From: a virus
Taxonomy: Duplodnaviria; Caudoviricetes
DNA: 64,000 nucleotides
Virus record (IMG/VR): IMGVR_UViG_3300033073_001153
Location: 64,001 to 128,000 of that record
Strand: one strand, 5' to 3'
The notes under the pieces: generated by a model
Databases searched by the model: none
What the model saw: only the letters and a program-made list of their open reading frames with translations
What the model was told of the DNA's origin: nothing
Program-made: the position numbers and the translations under genes
Shown here: piece by piece, positions 38,728-48,062 of the stretch
Layout of the letters: the number at the start of each line of letters is the position of its first letter
Position numbering within the stretch: position 1 is the stretch's first letter

Positions 38728-38949
38728 TTATTCAATATTATAAGAAGGAATACCTTTCCATTGAGACAATACTTCTGCTTCTATTTCGGCTTTTGCTAGA
38801 TTTTCTGGATGATGAATATCTTCGTAATTGTTGACCGCTTTCATCAGATCATTCAGTTCCCATGCCAGATCAATATTTATGGGCTGAATTTCGGGGTTCA
38901 GAAGTTCTTTGATACGGTTCTTGGCTGTGTTGTATTGGTCGGTGGTCAT
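38728..38949 (-). CDS. Hypothetical protein
   Basis: Operon with 38953..39141. Confidence 0.6.
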   Translation of the reverse strand: MTTDQYNTAKNRIKELLNPEIQPINIDLAWELNDLMKAVNNYEDIHHPENLAKAEIEAEVLSQWKGIPSYNIE

Positions 38950-38952
38950 ATT

Positions 38953-39141
38953 TTAGAAGCGTTCGTTTTGATCGGCACAGGCGTTGCAGATTACATAATT
39001 CCGGCGCAAGAATACACGTTCTTCGCACTGTTTACAAGTTTTCCATTCAGAGTCTTTCTGAACTTGATGATAGAAATCGACCATTTCGGGATCGTCCATG
39101 CCTTCCCATGTGCCAAAGTTGTCGTCGTAATATCCGCTCAT
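38953..39141 (-). CDS. Small Zn-finger protein
   Basis: YYDDNFG..CKQC..CNACAD. Confidence 0.65.
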   Translation of the reverse strand: MSGYYDDNFGTWEGMDDPEMVDFYHQVQKDSEWKTCKQCEERVFLRRNYVICNACADQNERF

Positions 39142-39216
39142 AGTGTTCGAGGTTTTTTGTTGTTCCTTAACGTGTATCTAGTAATCGGAAGAATTTCTGG
39201 AAACTTTAGGAAAAAA

Positions 39217-39477
39217 TTAATCTTCCATTTTTTGGATAGTGAGCTGATTCACCACTCGCTGGTCAATCAAAAAACGCACCGCTTTGGGGTTTCCGAAATA
39301 TTGTGCGTCTGCGAGAATGTTCATGCAGATGCGTGAACCAAGTTCCCATGCGCGATCCATGTTGGGTTCTTCGCTAGTGTGGTAAACCGTCCAGTTTTTG
39401 TAGGGTTCGGAGTTGTTGAGGGGCAGATAGTCAGGCGACTCGATTTCGACTTGTAGGAGGTGTGTATTTTTGGTCAT
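39217..39477 (-). CDS. Hypothetical early protein, leaderless
   Basis: ATG 6 nt after GCCGATAT. Confidence 0.65.
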   Translation of the reverse strand: MTKNTHLLQVEIESPDYLPLNNSEPYKNWTVYHTSEEPNMDRAWELGSRICMNILADAQYFGNPKAVRFLIDQRVVNQLTIQKMED

Positions 39478-39557
39478 GACTATATATCGGCAGGTTCGGT
39501 CGTCGGGTTTAGGAATTTTTTAAAAAAATTTTCTTTCGACTCTAGATCGGGGAGCAT

Positions 39558-39821
39558 TTAAATTCCATATTTGATCTTTGCCAGAAACCATTTCTTTTTG
39601 TTTTTGATCTTTATTCTTGACATAGAAACGTGTTCTAGTCCACAAGATTTAAGAAATCTATCCCAATTTTTGGGCGTTGAATCATAATTATGATCTTTAC
39701 AGTGTTTATCATAATGGGGAATTAGCTGATATATAACAGGAGGAGAGGTCACCGGATCAAAATGACGGCCATCGTAATGTTGTTGCAGCATTTGGTGCTG
39801 TTTGTAATACTCAGATTCCAT
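39558..39821 (-). CDS. KIKYGI-family protein
   Basis: Ends IKNKKKWFLAKIKYGI. Confidence 0.7.
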   Translation of the reverse strand: MESEYYKQHQMLQQHYDGRHFDPVTSPPVIYQLIPHYDKHCKDHNYDSTPKNWDRFLKSCGLEHVSMSRIKIKNKKKWFLAKIKYGI

Positions 39822-40014
39822 ATTTGATCTTAGCTAACATCCACTTATTTCTATCACGAATCACTAATTCTGTATACCAAATACCGTCGGTTTTTCGTTC
39901 TTTTGTGCGTTTGGCTCCGTGATGCCACAAAAACCTTTTCACTGTCACTCCTTTGATATTCGAAGAATATGCGGCTTCTGATAACTCAAAGGTTTTAACT
40001 ACATCAGATTCCAT
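39811..40014 (-). CDS. KIKYGI-family protein
   Basis: Ends IRDRNKWMLAKIKYGI. Confidence 0.7.
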   Translation of the reverse strand: MESDVVKTFELSEAAYSSNIKGVTVKRFLWHHGAKRTKERKTDGIWYTELVIRDRNKWMLAKIKYGI

Positions 40015-40036
40015 TATAAATGGATTTTATAATATT

Positions 40037-40231
40037 TTAGCATTTACAAACCGGATGAATATCGTATCGGTTTTCTAGAAAACGCATTCTTTTGGAATAT
40101 TCCTCTCGTTCAATTCCCCGTACACCCTCGATAGCTTCGAATACCGTTTCTTCGAATCTCGTTTCTTTGAGTTCGGGAAACTTTTCGGTGATTCTCAAAA
40201 ATACTCGGCAAGCGAATTCATTGTCGCACAT
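40037..40231 (-). CDS. Hypothetical protein
   Basis: Operon-like run. Confidence 0.55.
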   Translation of the reverse strand: MCDNEFACRVFLRITEKFPELKETRFEETVFEAIEGVRGIEREEYSKRMRFLENRYDIHPVCKC

Positions 40232-40237
40232 AAAATA

Positions 40238-40474
40238 TTACCTGACTGTTCCGCAAGTACAATCGTTACTGCCGCAGAGTTTATTTTTGATTCTATTCAT
40301 CAAACCTTTGGCAGACTTGTTATCTCCATACAGGTCATTTGAATCAGATGCACGGAATTGAATGTACCACCAAGTCAAATCTTGGTTCTCCGGAACCATG
40401 TAGCTTTTGTATCTGACACGAATTTTCGTGTTGTGGAAGCTGTTTCTGAGTTCGACTGTTTTAGGTGTTTTCAT
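40238..40474 (-). CDS. Hypothetical protein
   Basis: RNSFHNT..LCG..DCTCG. Confidence 0.65.
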   Translation of the reverse strand: MKTPKTVELRNSFHNTKIRVRYKSYMVPENQDLTWWYIQFRASDSNDLYGDNKSAKGLMNRIKNKLCGSNDCTCGTVR

Positions 40475-40492
40475 AAAACTTTTAGTTAAATA

Positions 40493-40837
40493 CTACCAGT
40501 TCAAATAAGCCTTGCCATAGACTCCAACAGGTTGACCGTCATGCCGAAAAACTGCAATCTGAAAATTTTCGTTTCGGTCGTTCCAAGTTTCTAGGTTTTT
40601 GCTATCTTCGTCCGAAACAAACATCATGGTGTTTCCAGAACTAAACTGTTCACGGAAGGCTGTAAAAGCCACACTAGGAACCGTGGACAGCAAATTCTTC
40701 ACATCTGCTCCAAGATCAGCGAGCGATTCGGCAGTGTCCAAAACCGTGTTGAACTTCAAATCGCTTTTAATCATTTCAAGCATAGAGGTGAGATAAGTGT
40801 TGGCGGCGTCGTCAGAGTTGAGGATGATCGTGTGCAT
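40493..40837 (-). CDS. Hypothetical early protein
   Basis: Promoter at 40883, C/A-rich leader. Confidence 0.7.
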   Translation of the reverse strand: MHTIILNSDDAANTYLTSMLEMIKSDLKFNTVLDTAESLADLGADVKNLLSTVPSVAFTAFREQFSSGNTMMFVSDEDSKNLETWNDRNENFQIAVFRHDGQPVGVYGKAYLNW

Positions 40838-40913
40838 TTTTGGATTTTTGGTTGGTTGTTGGTTTAACTAGCGTATCTATATATCGGCAGATCTCGGAGA
40901 AACTTTAAGTTTT

Positions 40914-41207
40914 TTAGGAAATTTTTCCATTACGAAAATAATCGTAACTCCTACCTAACAAATCATACGATTCTGTGAAAGAACATTCGGGAAACACAAT
41001 TCCGTCAATGTTCCAAATGAATCGAAATTCATTCTTTGCCTGTGGATCATATGAATCTAAAATGTTTCGGATGTTGGTGAAACTGTCCATCGTTGAAGTA
41101 TACCCATAGGTTGTTTCCCAATAGTAAACTCCTCCGTTTTTGTGCGCCTCCTCAAACGAGGAGTACTGAGAGGTGCGATAGTAAGAGGATCGGTAGATTT
41201 CGCTCAT
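40914..41207 (-). CDS. Hypothetical early protein
   Basis: Promoter at 41242. Confidence 0.65.
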   Translation of the reverse strand: MSEIYRSSYYRTSQYSSFEEAHKNGGVYYWETTYGYTSTMDSFTNIRNILDSYDPQAKNEFRFIWNIDGIVFPECSFTESYDLLGRSYDYFRNGKIS

Positions 41208-41274
41208 ATTTGGATTTTAATGTTTCGCTGACAACATATATATCGGAAGTTCTGGGGGGAACTTTAGGAATTTT

Positions 41275-41595
41275 TTAACTATAGGAAAGTTTCCGTCCGT
41301 CTGCGAAGTGAACGTGAGCGTAAGGATTTCCTTGACTCTTCCAAGAAGAATGCATCGCAATTAGCCCATCATCTGGAGCATCTTGTGCATCATCCGCGTA
41401 TGCTCTTCTCCAACGGTCTCCGCAGCAATCGCAGTCCGCACCACTACTTACTCCGTCAAAATAGATTCCAATTTCTTGTGCAATAATATTGGCGGCATCG
41501 GCATTAAGTGCTTCGATGACCACGATTTGTGCTACATTTTCGTCCGCATCGTAACTTCCTCCGGAATTGTTCTGATCAAAGTGAAAGAATGGCAT
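41275..41595 (-). CDS. Conserved phage protein with QNNSGG and DCxCCGDRW motifs
   Basis: FDQNNSGGS..GIYFDGV..DCDCCGDRW. Confidence 0.75.
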   Translation of the reverse strand: MPFFHFDQNNSGGSYDADENVAQIVVIEALNADAANIIAQEIGIYFDGVSSGADCDCCGDRWRRAYADDAQDAPDDGLIAMHSSWKSQGNPYAHVHFADGRKLSYS

Positions 41596-41669
41596 ATTGT
41601 GTTTTTGGTTAGGGATTTTCTACTGTACCTATATATCGGCAGTTTTGAAGAAGACCTTTAAAACTTTTT

Positions 41670-41918
41670 TTAGTTTTTTGTGGTAGCTGCGCTTTTGTAG
41701 TGCTCTTTTAACGAGTCTTGTAGGTATGTCACAAAATCGGTCGGGAGCGTGTCGGTAATGTCGTCGCATTCCCAGTCCTGAACCCAGAATTTACACGGAA
41801 CTCCACGTTTGTCCAAATTTTCAAAAACATACAACAATTTACGTTCACCGTAGAGGTCTACTTCGAGTTCGGTTACCCGTTCAACAACTGCTCTGAGTAT
41901 CGAGTCAATGATTTTCAT
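41670..41918 (-). CDS. Hypothetical early protein
   Basis: Start moved to ATG 41918, downstream of the promoter at 41950. Confidence 0.65.
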   Translation of the reverse strand: MKIIDSILRAVVERVTELEVDLYGERKLLYVFENLDKRGVPCKFWVQDWECDDITDTLPTDFVTYLQDSLKEHYKSAATTKN

Positions 41919-41982
41919 TTTTGTTGGTTGGTTTTTGGTGTACTTGTATATCGGTAGTTCTGGGAGGAACTTTAGGAATTTT

Positions 41983-42156
41983 TTAGTCAAGCGGAAGAAA
42001 TTCTGAACCCATATCAGCGTCGAACCATTCGTCAACAAGTTCTTTCACCAATTTTTGTGGATCTTTTGTGTAGGAAGAAAATTTCATCTCTGAACACTTG
42101 ACCCAGAAAGTTCCGTTTTCTTCCACAATTTTGAAGGATAAAGAGTGCGTTGGCAT
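41983..42156 (-). CDS. 57-aa early protein (not in the ORF track)
   Basis: MPTHSLSFKIVEENGTFWV..; ATG 6 nt after GCCGACTA. Confidence 0.6.
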   Translation of the reverse strand: MPTHSLSFKIVEENGTFWVKCSEMKFSSYTKDPQKLVKELVDEWFDADMGSEFLPLD

Positions 42157-42248
42157 GTCTATTAGTCGGCAGATTTTGGAGAAACTTTAGGAATTTTTTT
42201 AATCTTCAGTATTATATCATATTTTTATTCAATCTGTAAATATGTCAT

Positions 42249-42890
42249 ATGGCATATTATAGTCCGTATTTTCATAAAACAAAAAATAGATGGGTAATAT
42301 CTTTTCCTGCTGGAATTTTGAATATTAAAAGGACTACAAGATCTTTCAAAACAGAAGAAGAAGCAAAAAAATTCGTATTAGAAATTATACCAGATGCTTA
42401 TGATGTAAAACTAGAAATTGAAAGAGAATGTTTAGATTGTAAACAAATATTACCTGTTGAATATTTTAAAAAAGGTTATAAAAAAATATGCAGATCTTGT
42501 CTTAATAAAAAAAGAAGAATTGATTTAAATGAACGTAGGAAAAATAATATTTGCTCATGTTGTAAAAATATTAGACTGCGTAAATCCGAATTTTGTTACG
42601 AGCACTGGTTTAAGAAAACATCCCAAAGATATTTTGGAAATGGTAATTATACAATTGATTTAATAAATTTATATGAAAAACAAAATCGTAAATGTATTTA
42701 CACTGGAGTAAATCTAATCCCAAATGAAAACATGAGTTTAGATCATATAATTTCAGTACACGATAATAAAGAATTGTATAATAATATAAAAAATGTTCAA
42801 TGGGTACACAAAGACATTAATTTAATGAAGAGCAAATTTTCACATGACAACTTTATCAAGCTATGCAAACATATAGCCAATAGATTCTAA
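42249..42890 (+). CDS. HNH homing endonuclease
   Basis: CxxC pairs, QNRKCIYTG, SLDHI..NVQWVHKDINLMK; opposite strand to its neighbours. Confidence 0.8.
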   Translation: MAYYSPYFHKTKNRWVISFPAGILNIKRTTRSFKTEEEAKKFVLEIIPDAYDVKLEIERECLDCKQILPVEYFKKGYKKICRSCLNKKRRIDLNERRKNNICSCCKNIRLRKSEFCYEHWFKKTSQRYFGNGNYTIDLINLYEKQNRKCIYTGVNLIPNENMSLDHIISVHDNKELYNNIKNVQWVHKDINLMKSKFSHDNFIKLCKHIANRF

Positions 42891-42907
42891 AAATCTACAC
42901 TAAACCT

Positions 42908-42936
42908 GCACACTACACTCAAGCGGTGTAGTGTGC
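42908..42936. terminator. Hairpin between convergent genes
   Basis: GCACACTACAC / GTGTAGTGTGC. Confidence 0.6.
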
Positions 42937-42960
42937 GATATCGGTGTAGTGTCAATTCAT

Positions 42961-43146
42961 TTATAGTTCGATTTGTTCTTCCGATGTTACTCTTCTAAAG
43001 ATGGTAATGATCAACTTTGAATCACTCTTCTCTAATTCTTTAGCATATTCTTTGATATATTCTAAAGAATCGCTTTCTTTAGTCAAAGAAAAAAGACCAG
43101 TATGATTTTTTGCAGTAAGAAGATATTTAACTGATATTTCTTTCAT
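42961..43146 (-). CDS. Hypothetical protein
   Basis: Operon-like run. Confidence 0.55.
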   Translation of the reverse strand: MKEISVKYLLTAKNHTGLFSLTKESDSLEYIKEYAKELEKSDSKLIITIFRRVTSEEQIEL

Positions 43147-43291
43147 TTTAGTGAATAAGTTTATGGTATAAGAAATTTCCTAAAACAACTCCAGTGGTGA
43201 CGATTCCAATCAAATAAAGATGTGATCCGAAAAACAACCAAAACAAAAACAAAAGTGTTAGAGAGAAAAGAATGTTGAGCATATTAATTGA

Positions 43292-43582
43292 CTATTTGAA
43301 AATTTCGTTCTTTACAAGAGCAACTGCCTCTGAAGTAAAACCACCAATGTGCCAGTTGTAATTTTCATCTGGTGCTGGATCATTTCCGTAGTTTTTCCAG
43401 TTGTAAATTGTCGCGACAGTGTTGCAAGGAAATTTCAAACACCATTCAGTGGTAACTTTTTCGTACTCGGATGGCGGGTCGTTCAGACAAGGTTGTCCGA
43501 AAACTTCAACCAATTTGTTGTAGGTTGTAGTAACATAACCTTTCAAAGAGGTTCCGTTGATGTTGGAGGTGCGTTTGATCAT
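43292..43582 (-). CDS. Conserved phage hypothetical protein
   Basis: GTSLKGY..YNKLVEVFG.P..KVTTEW..ATIYNWK..WHIGG. Confidence 0.7.
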   Translation of the reverse strand: MIKRTSNINGTSLKGYVTTTYNKLVEVFGQPCLNDPPSEYEKVTTEWCLKFPCNTVATIYNWKNYGNDPAPDENYNWHIGGFTSEAVALVKNEIFK

Positions 43583-43619
43583 AGTACTGTATCGGTCAAT
43601 TGTTCGTGGTTCTTTAGAA

Positions 43620-43832
43620 TTATTTCGCAATAAGAGCAAAATATTCTTCGTCTGTCATAAGCATGTCGGAATCTACGTCCAAGTAGGCATGTTTATGTTG
43701 TTTCGGATTGTAACAATAGAGAATCCTTTTGTTTCTGACAACAAAAATCTCTTCGGTTCCGCCGCACGCTGGAACCCATGCGTCCAGCTTCATTGAAGCC
43801 GCCCTGTTGTACTCTGCCTGTGATTTGGTCAT
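43620..43832 (-). CDS. Hypothetical early protein, leaderless
   Basis: WVPACGGTE..HAYLD; ATG 6 nt after GCCGATTA. Confidence 0.7.
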   Translation of the reverse strand: MTKSQAEYNRAASMKLDAWVPACGGTEEIFVVRNKRILYCYNPKQHKHAYLDVDSDMLMTDEEYFALIAK

Positions 43833-43873
43833 GCCTAGTAATCGGCAGAATCTAAAAATTCTTTAGAAATTTT

Positions 43874-44422
43874 TTAAAATTCTTCTCCGCCACGGAAGGC
43901 AAAGCGGTTCCGGCTGCGAAAAATTCCAGCGGCATCACCTTTTCGGAAAATTCCGATATCGGAAAGTGCTGGTCGCATGAGTGCTTTTTCAAAGGCTAAA
44001 AGCATAGCATCTAAAGTTTCTGGTTTAATTAAATTATCATCAGAAGAAATATTAGAAATGCGTATTCTAGACATATTTCTAGCATCTAAATTAGCAGACG
44101 GAGAAACACCATCGTAATAACCACAAATGCAATCATGTACTATATCTCCGTCTACATCTAAACCAATTCTGAACCCAGCCGCTGCATGATATAACAAATC
44201 TCTATTAAAGAAATAAACATTTTTAGTAGGAATATGAACAATGAATCCAACATCATTATCTTCGCCTACCATTGTGCTACGTTCTTTTGGGCCAGCATTT
44301 CTAATAATACTACCAGAACCTCTATTATTATTAAAATCAATGACTCGATCAGGAGAAACAGATTCTATCAAATATTCGGCATATGAATCATAAGATAAAT
44401 CTGATATATTAATTTCTATCAT
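43874..44422 (-). CDS. Hypothetical protein
   Basis: 182-aa ORF, TAAATA upstream. Confidence 0.6.
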   Translation of the reverse strand: MIEINISDLSYDSYAEYLIESVSPDRVIDFNNNRGSGSIIRNAGPKERSTMVGEDNDVGFIVHIPTKNVYFFNRDLLYHAAAGFRIGLDVDGDIVHDCICGYYDGVSPSANLDARNMSRIRISNISSDDNLIKPETLDAMLLAFEKALMRPALSDIGIFRKGDAAGIFRSRNRFAFRGGEEF

Positions 44423-44438
44423 ATAAATTTATTTATGA

Positions 44439-44609
44439 TTAATCTGAATCAATAGGTTCGTCACAATCGTAACATTCAAAAATATCTTTCCTATATTTTG
44501 ATAATTCTTTTTCTTCGCATTTGTGACAAACTTCACAAAGATAAATTCCATACCCATCAAAAATAGGATATGAGAATTCTCCGCTACCGCAATGACATTC
44601 GTTATTCAT
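44439..44609 (-). CDS. Small Zn-binding protein
   Basis: CHCGSG..DGYGIYLC..C..C. Confidence 0.6.
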   Translation of the reverse strand: MNNECHCGSGEFSYPIFDGYGIYLCEVCHKCEEKELSKYRKDIFECYDCDEPIDSD

Positions 44610-44653
44610 AGTGTTAAGTTTCTTATTTTGTTGAAATTCTGATAAATATATGA

Positions 44654-45022
44654 ATGGAACCACAAACACCATTAAATCTTAAACAATATGGAATAGACGT
44701 TGGTTTATTGATTTCCGGTCTTTTTGGTTCGATTTTACTAACAAGTAAATCCGGAGCATTAAATCTTACTAGAACAATTTCATCTTTAATAGGAGGAGCG
44801 GCATCTGCCAATTACATAACTCCAGTTATTATTAGTATAACAAAACTAGAAAACATGAACTTTCAATACAGCATTGCTTTTATTCTGGGTTATCTAGGGC
44901 TCCGATCTGTAGACTATTTGGGCGATAAAGTATTATCAAGCTTTAATATACCACAAGAAGAATTTCAATCAACATCAAAACGTAATCTAGCAAAACGTTC
45001 TCGATTAAATGCTAAAAAATAA
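44654..45022 (+). CDS. Holin-like membrane protein
   Basis: Three hydrophobic segments, GLFGS..GG..ANY..IAFILGYLG, basic tail, late box. Confidence 0.55.
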   Translation: MEPQTPLNLKQYGIDVGLLISGLFGSILLTSKSGALNLTRTISSLIGGAASANYITPVIISITKLENMNFQYSIAFILGYLGLRSVDYLGDKVLSSFNIPQEEFQSTSKRNLAKRSRLNAKK

Positions 45023-45112
45023 ATACTTGAGCTTCATTTGAAATAATTTACATTGCTTAAGATGTTTTTACAATAAAAATGAAGCCCAAGCAATAAATAT
45101 TTATTGCTTAAG

Positions 45113-46105
45113 ATGAATATTACAAGTACAAATAATACGGAAGAACTATTTTTAAAAGAAAAGAAAAAAATTTACAATAAGGCTTACAAAGAAGCCAATA
45201 AAGAAAAATTAAAAGAAAAAAGAAAATTATATAATGAATCTAATAGAGAAAAGAGGAGGGCTTATAAAGAAGCCAACAAAGAAAAAATAAAACAACAAAA
45301 TAAAGCATACAGAGAAGCTAATAAAGAAAAAATAAAAGCATATTTAGAAGCTAATCGAGAAATATTAAAACAGAAACAAAAAACATACAGAGAATCTAAT
45401 AAACAAAAAATAAAAGAATCAAAGAAATCATATTACGAAAATAACAAGCAAAAAAACAAATTTAAATACAAAGCATATTACGAAAATAATAAAGAAAAAA
45501 TAAAAGAACGAGGGAAGAAATATCGAAATAACAATAAAAACGAATTAAAAGTTCGTAAAAAAAAATATTACGAAGCTAACAAAGAAAAGGTATTAAAAAC
45601 AACAATTTCTTACTATAGAAATAATAAAAAAAGAATGTTAGAAAAGCAAAAGTGTTATTATCATATTAATAAAGAGAAAATAAAAGAACGTTGTAAAAAT
45701 TATTACAAAAATAATAAAAAAACGTATTTATATCAAAAAAATTCTAAACACAAAATTAGGATGAAAACTGATCTTCTATATGCTGTTAAATTTAAATTGA
45801 GATCAGCAGTGATTAGATCCTTTAAACGTATTTCTAAGAATAAACCAACAAATACATTAAATTTATTAAAATGCACATGGCAAGAAGCTAAATGTCACAT
45901 AGAATCATTATTTAAAGAAGGAATGACATGGGATAATCATGGAGAGTGGCATATAGATCACATACGTCCGATATCTAGTTTTGAGGAACATGAATTAGAC
46001 AAGATGAATCATATAAATAATTTACAACCCTTATGGGCCGCTGATAATTTATCAAAAGGAAATAAATATATAAAACTAGAAGAAACCGCAAACGTAAATA
46101 ATTAA
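45113..46105 (+). CDS. HNH-type homing endonuclease with Lys-rich helical repeats
   Basis: YxExNKEKI repeats; GMTWDNHGEWHIDHIRP..NLQPLWA.DNLSKG. Confidence 0.82.
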   Translation: MNITSTNNTEELFLKEKKKIYNKAYKEANKEKLKEKRKLYNESNREKRRAYKEANKEKIKQQNKAYREANKEKIKAYLEANREILKQKQKTYRESNKQKIKESKKSYYENNKQKNKFKYKAYYENNKEKIKERGKKYRNNNKNELKVRKKKYYEANKEKVLKTTISYYRNNKKRMLEKQKCYYHINKEKIKERCKNYYKNNKKTYLYQKNSKHKIRMKTDLLYAVKFKLRSAVIRSFKRISKNKPTNTLNLLKCTWQEAKCHIESLFKEGMTWDNHGEWHIDHIRPISSFEEHELDKMNHINNLQPLWAADNLSKGNKYIKLEETANVNN

Positions 46106-46108
46106 ACA

Positions 46109-46468
46109 ATGCAAGAAATCAACATTTTTACTATTATCAATGCAATCTCAAATTGTACTATTGCAATGTCCGCTATGGGATTATTAATTCATATTTTCGG
46201 AGATCCCGATAATTTTATATGGAACAATAAATTACAGGCATGGTTAGCTAAGTTTGGTTTAACTGTAATAATTTGCGGAGCCATAAGCAATGTTCTCACA
46301 CTGAATACCCCTGCAAAAACAGAAATTGTTTTAAACTGTGGAATGTCAATTACGTTTTTCTGGCTATCTCTCTGGCAATATGAACAGTTCAGAGAAAAGG
46401 TAAATCAATCTAAAAAATATACTTCCAGAAGAAAGAAAAAGCCTGTTACTCGTGCTTCGAAAAGCTAA
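46109..46468 (+). CDS. Membrane protein with basic tail
   Basis: Three TM segments. Confidence 0.6.
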   Translation: MQEINIFTIINAISNCTIAMSAMGLLIHIFGDPDNFIWNNKLQAWLAKFGLTVIICGAISNVLTLNTPAKTEIVLNCGMSITFFWLSLWQYEQFREKVNQSKKYTSRRKKKPVTRASKS

Positions 46469-46625
46469 TCTCCTCGATTCTTTAATCTGATCATAACATC
46501 TTTAGCATCTTCTAAAACTTCTGCAAGAATTTGTTTGCAGTATTCCATCCATTCTTCTTCGGTAATTAAACCATTCTGAAGTTTAGATAAAGTTTCTTTA
46601 TATTCAATAATTCTAGCTTGTTCCA

Positions 46626-47027
46626 TTATTTCAGTTTTCTTGCTAAGAATGATCTTAGTTTGTTTTTATTTGTTACTTTGAAAGTGTAACAATAATAATC
46701 GCTCATTACCATCAATCTTTGGTTTTCTTCAGAAGAACCAATCACCGGATTGAAACCCCATGTTTTAAGATATTCTTTCTGTCGGTTCGTAGTAATATCA
46801 ATCTTGCGATTATATCGGTGAATAGGATCGTGTTTATTTAAGACGTGTGCGGAAACATCATTCCAAACTAATTTAATAAAGAAATCAACTCCAATAAACA
46901 ATTTAGTTTTATCTTCTGCCAAGAAAAGATTAGGAACTAATTCAGTTAGATTTTTATGTTGATTCTTGATTCGCTGAATCGGAATCATTTTATAATCATT
47001 AATATCGAAGTTATATTTGTAGTCCAT
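46626..47027 (-). CDS. Hypothetical protein (divergent KIKYGI-like end)
   Basis: LKTWGF..FKVTNKNKLRSFL. Confidence 0.55.
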   Translation of the reverse strand: MDYKYNFDINDYKMIPIQRIKNQHKNLTELVPNLFLAEDKTKLFIGVDFFIKLVWNDVSAHVLNKHDPIHRYNRKIDITTNRQKEYLKTWGFNPVIGSSEENQRLMVMSDYYCYTFKVTNKNKLRSFLARKLK

Positions 47028-47045
47028 ATTTAAGTAAATAGTTTT

Positions 47046-47300
47046 ATGGAAAAATCATTCGAAGAATTTATGCGGGAGTTTGAGGAAAAAGGAAAAGAAT
47101 ATAGAAGAGAGATGGAGATTAAAAGGAAAAAAGAACTTGCTCGAAAGAAATTAGAACAGGGAACTCCAGAATTACCAGAGAGAGAAGGAAGAATTTACGA
47201 TTCTAGAAATGACGAAGACCGACAAGAAGCATTAAACAAACTTAAAAAAGTTAAAAACACTATAAGTGATATTCGTCAATTAAAACAGTACGAAAGGTAA
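47046..47300 (+). CDS. Charged late protein with MEKSFEEFMRE leader
   Basis: TAAATA-N5-ATG. Confidence 0.6.
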   Translation: MEKSFEEFMREFEEKGKEYRREMEIKRKKELARKKLEQGTPELPEREGRIYDSRNDEDRQEALNKLKKVKNTISDIRQLKQYER

Positions 47301-47333
47301 ACCAGTGGCGGATTATAATTTCCGCCACTGGTT
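47300..47333. terminator. Bidirectional terminator hairpin
   Basis: AACCAGTGGCGGA / TCCGCCACTGGTT between convergent genes. Confidence 0.75.
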
Positions 47334-47343
47334 ATAGAATCTA

Positions 47344-47649
47344 TTAAATTTGTTCGTTATTCTTGGACTTCCGGCTTGATCCACCGATCTTGTTTTTCTT
47401 GATGAAATTAACAACATTTGGATAAGAAACTTTTACTCCATTCTGATTAAAGAATTCGGTAATGTTCCTGACCGTCAAACGACGAGCATTACGGAGATAC
47501 CGCACAGTATCGAGATGAGGTTGGAGAACCGAAACACGTCCACGGCGAATTGTCGGCTTCCACGTTTTTGCAGCATCCATGATAGTAACATGAGAGGCAG
47601 CATTGATCTTTTCCTGCTTAACGGACTTGATGGTTTTGATGGTGTTCAT
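47344..47649 (-). CDS. Putative HTH DNA-binding protein
   Basis: SVLQPHLDTVRYLR..TVRNITEFF..GVKVSYPNV..F. Confidence 0.5.
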   Translation of the reverse strand: MNTIKTIKSVKQEKINAASHVTIMDAAKTWKPTIRRGRVSVLQPHLDTVRYLRNARRLTVRNITEFFNQNGVKVSYPNVVNFIKKNKIGGSSRKSKNNEQI

Positions 47650-47723
47650 TTTATTTTTTGGTTTTTGGCTTGGTTGTTTGGGTTTCACTGACATCTATAT
47701 AATCGGTAGGTTCCGAAAAAAGT

Positions 47724-48062
47724 TTAGTTAATTTTTTCCAAAGTTACACGGGAAATTCCACTCTTGACAATTCCTAGTCTCCGTGCAGCGACTAGGTTAA
47801 GATCTACAATACGGTTTTTAGTATATGGGCCACGATCCTCCACAACAGCCACAACCGTCTTTTTTGTGCGGTGACTGGTGATTTTGACCCTAGTGCCCAT
47901 AGGCAGGGTTTTATGAGCAACAGCAGGCAGGTGACGAACGAGTGGTTTTCCAGTAGCGGAACGAGTGTTTTCCGACCCGTACCAAGAAGCGACACCTTCT
48001 TGTTTATAGTTTGCTTCAGATACCGTAGGAATCAACATTAGGAAAAATAGGATTTTCTTCAT
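47724..48062 (-). CDS. rlpA: RlpA-like lytic transglycosylase (DPBB fold) with signal peptide
   Basis: GVASWYG, AVAHKTLPMGT, VEDRGPY..RIVDL..AARRLG. Confidence 0.88.
   Translation of the reverse strand: MKKILFFLMLIPTVSEANYKQEGVASWYGSENTRSATGKPLVRHLPAVAHKTLPMGTRVKITSHRTKKTVVAVVEDRGPYTKNRIVDLNLVAARRLGIVKSGISRVTLEKIN

Larger units (their letters stand above)
34255..39556 (-). repeat. Gene-end repeat TGCTCCGTGTAGGGAGAAAAAGATGT
   Basis: Identical 26-mers at 35493 and 37038; variants at 34255, 36253, 37496, 38212, 39542. Confidence 0.75.

Noticed and set aside
45160-45740. A-rich DNA repeats in the HNH gene as a non-coding repeat array
   Set aside because: They are in-frame YxExNKEKI protein repeats common in this endonuclease type.
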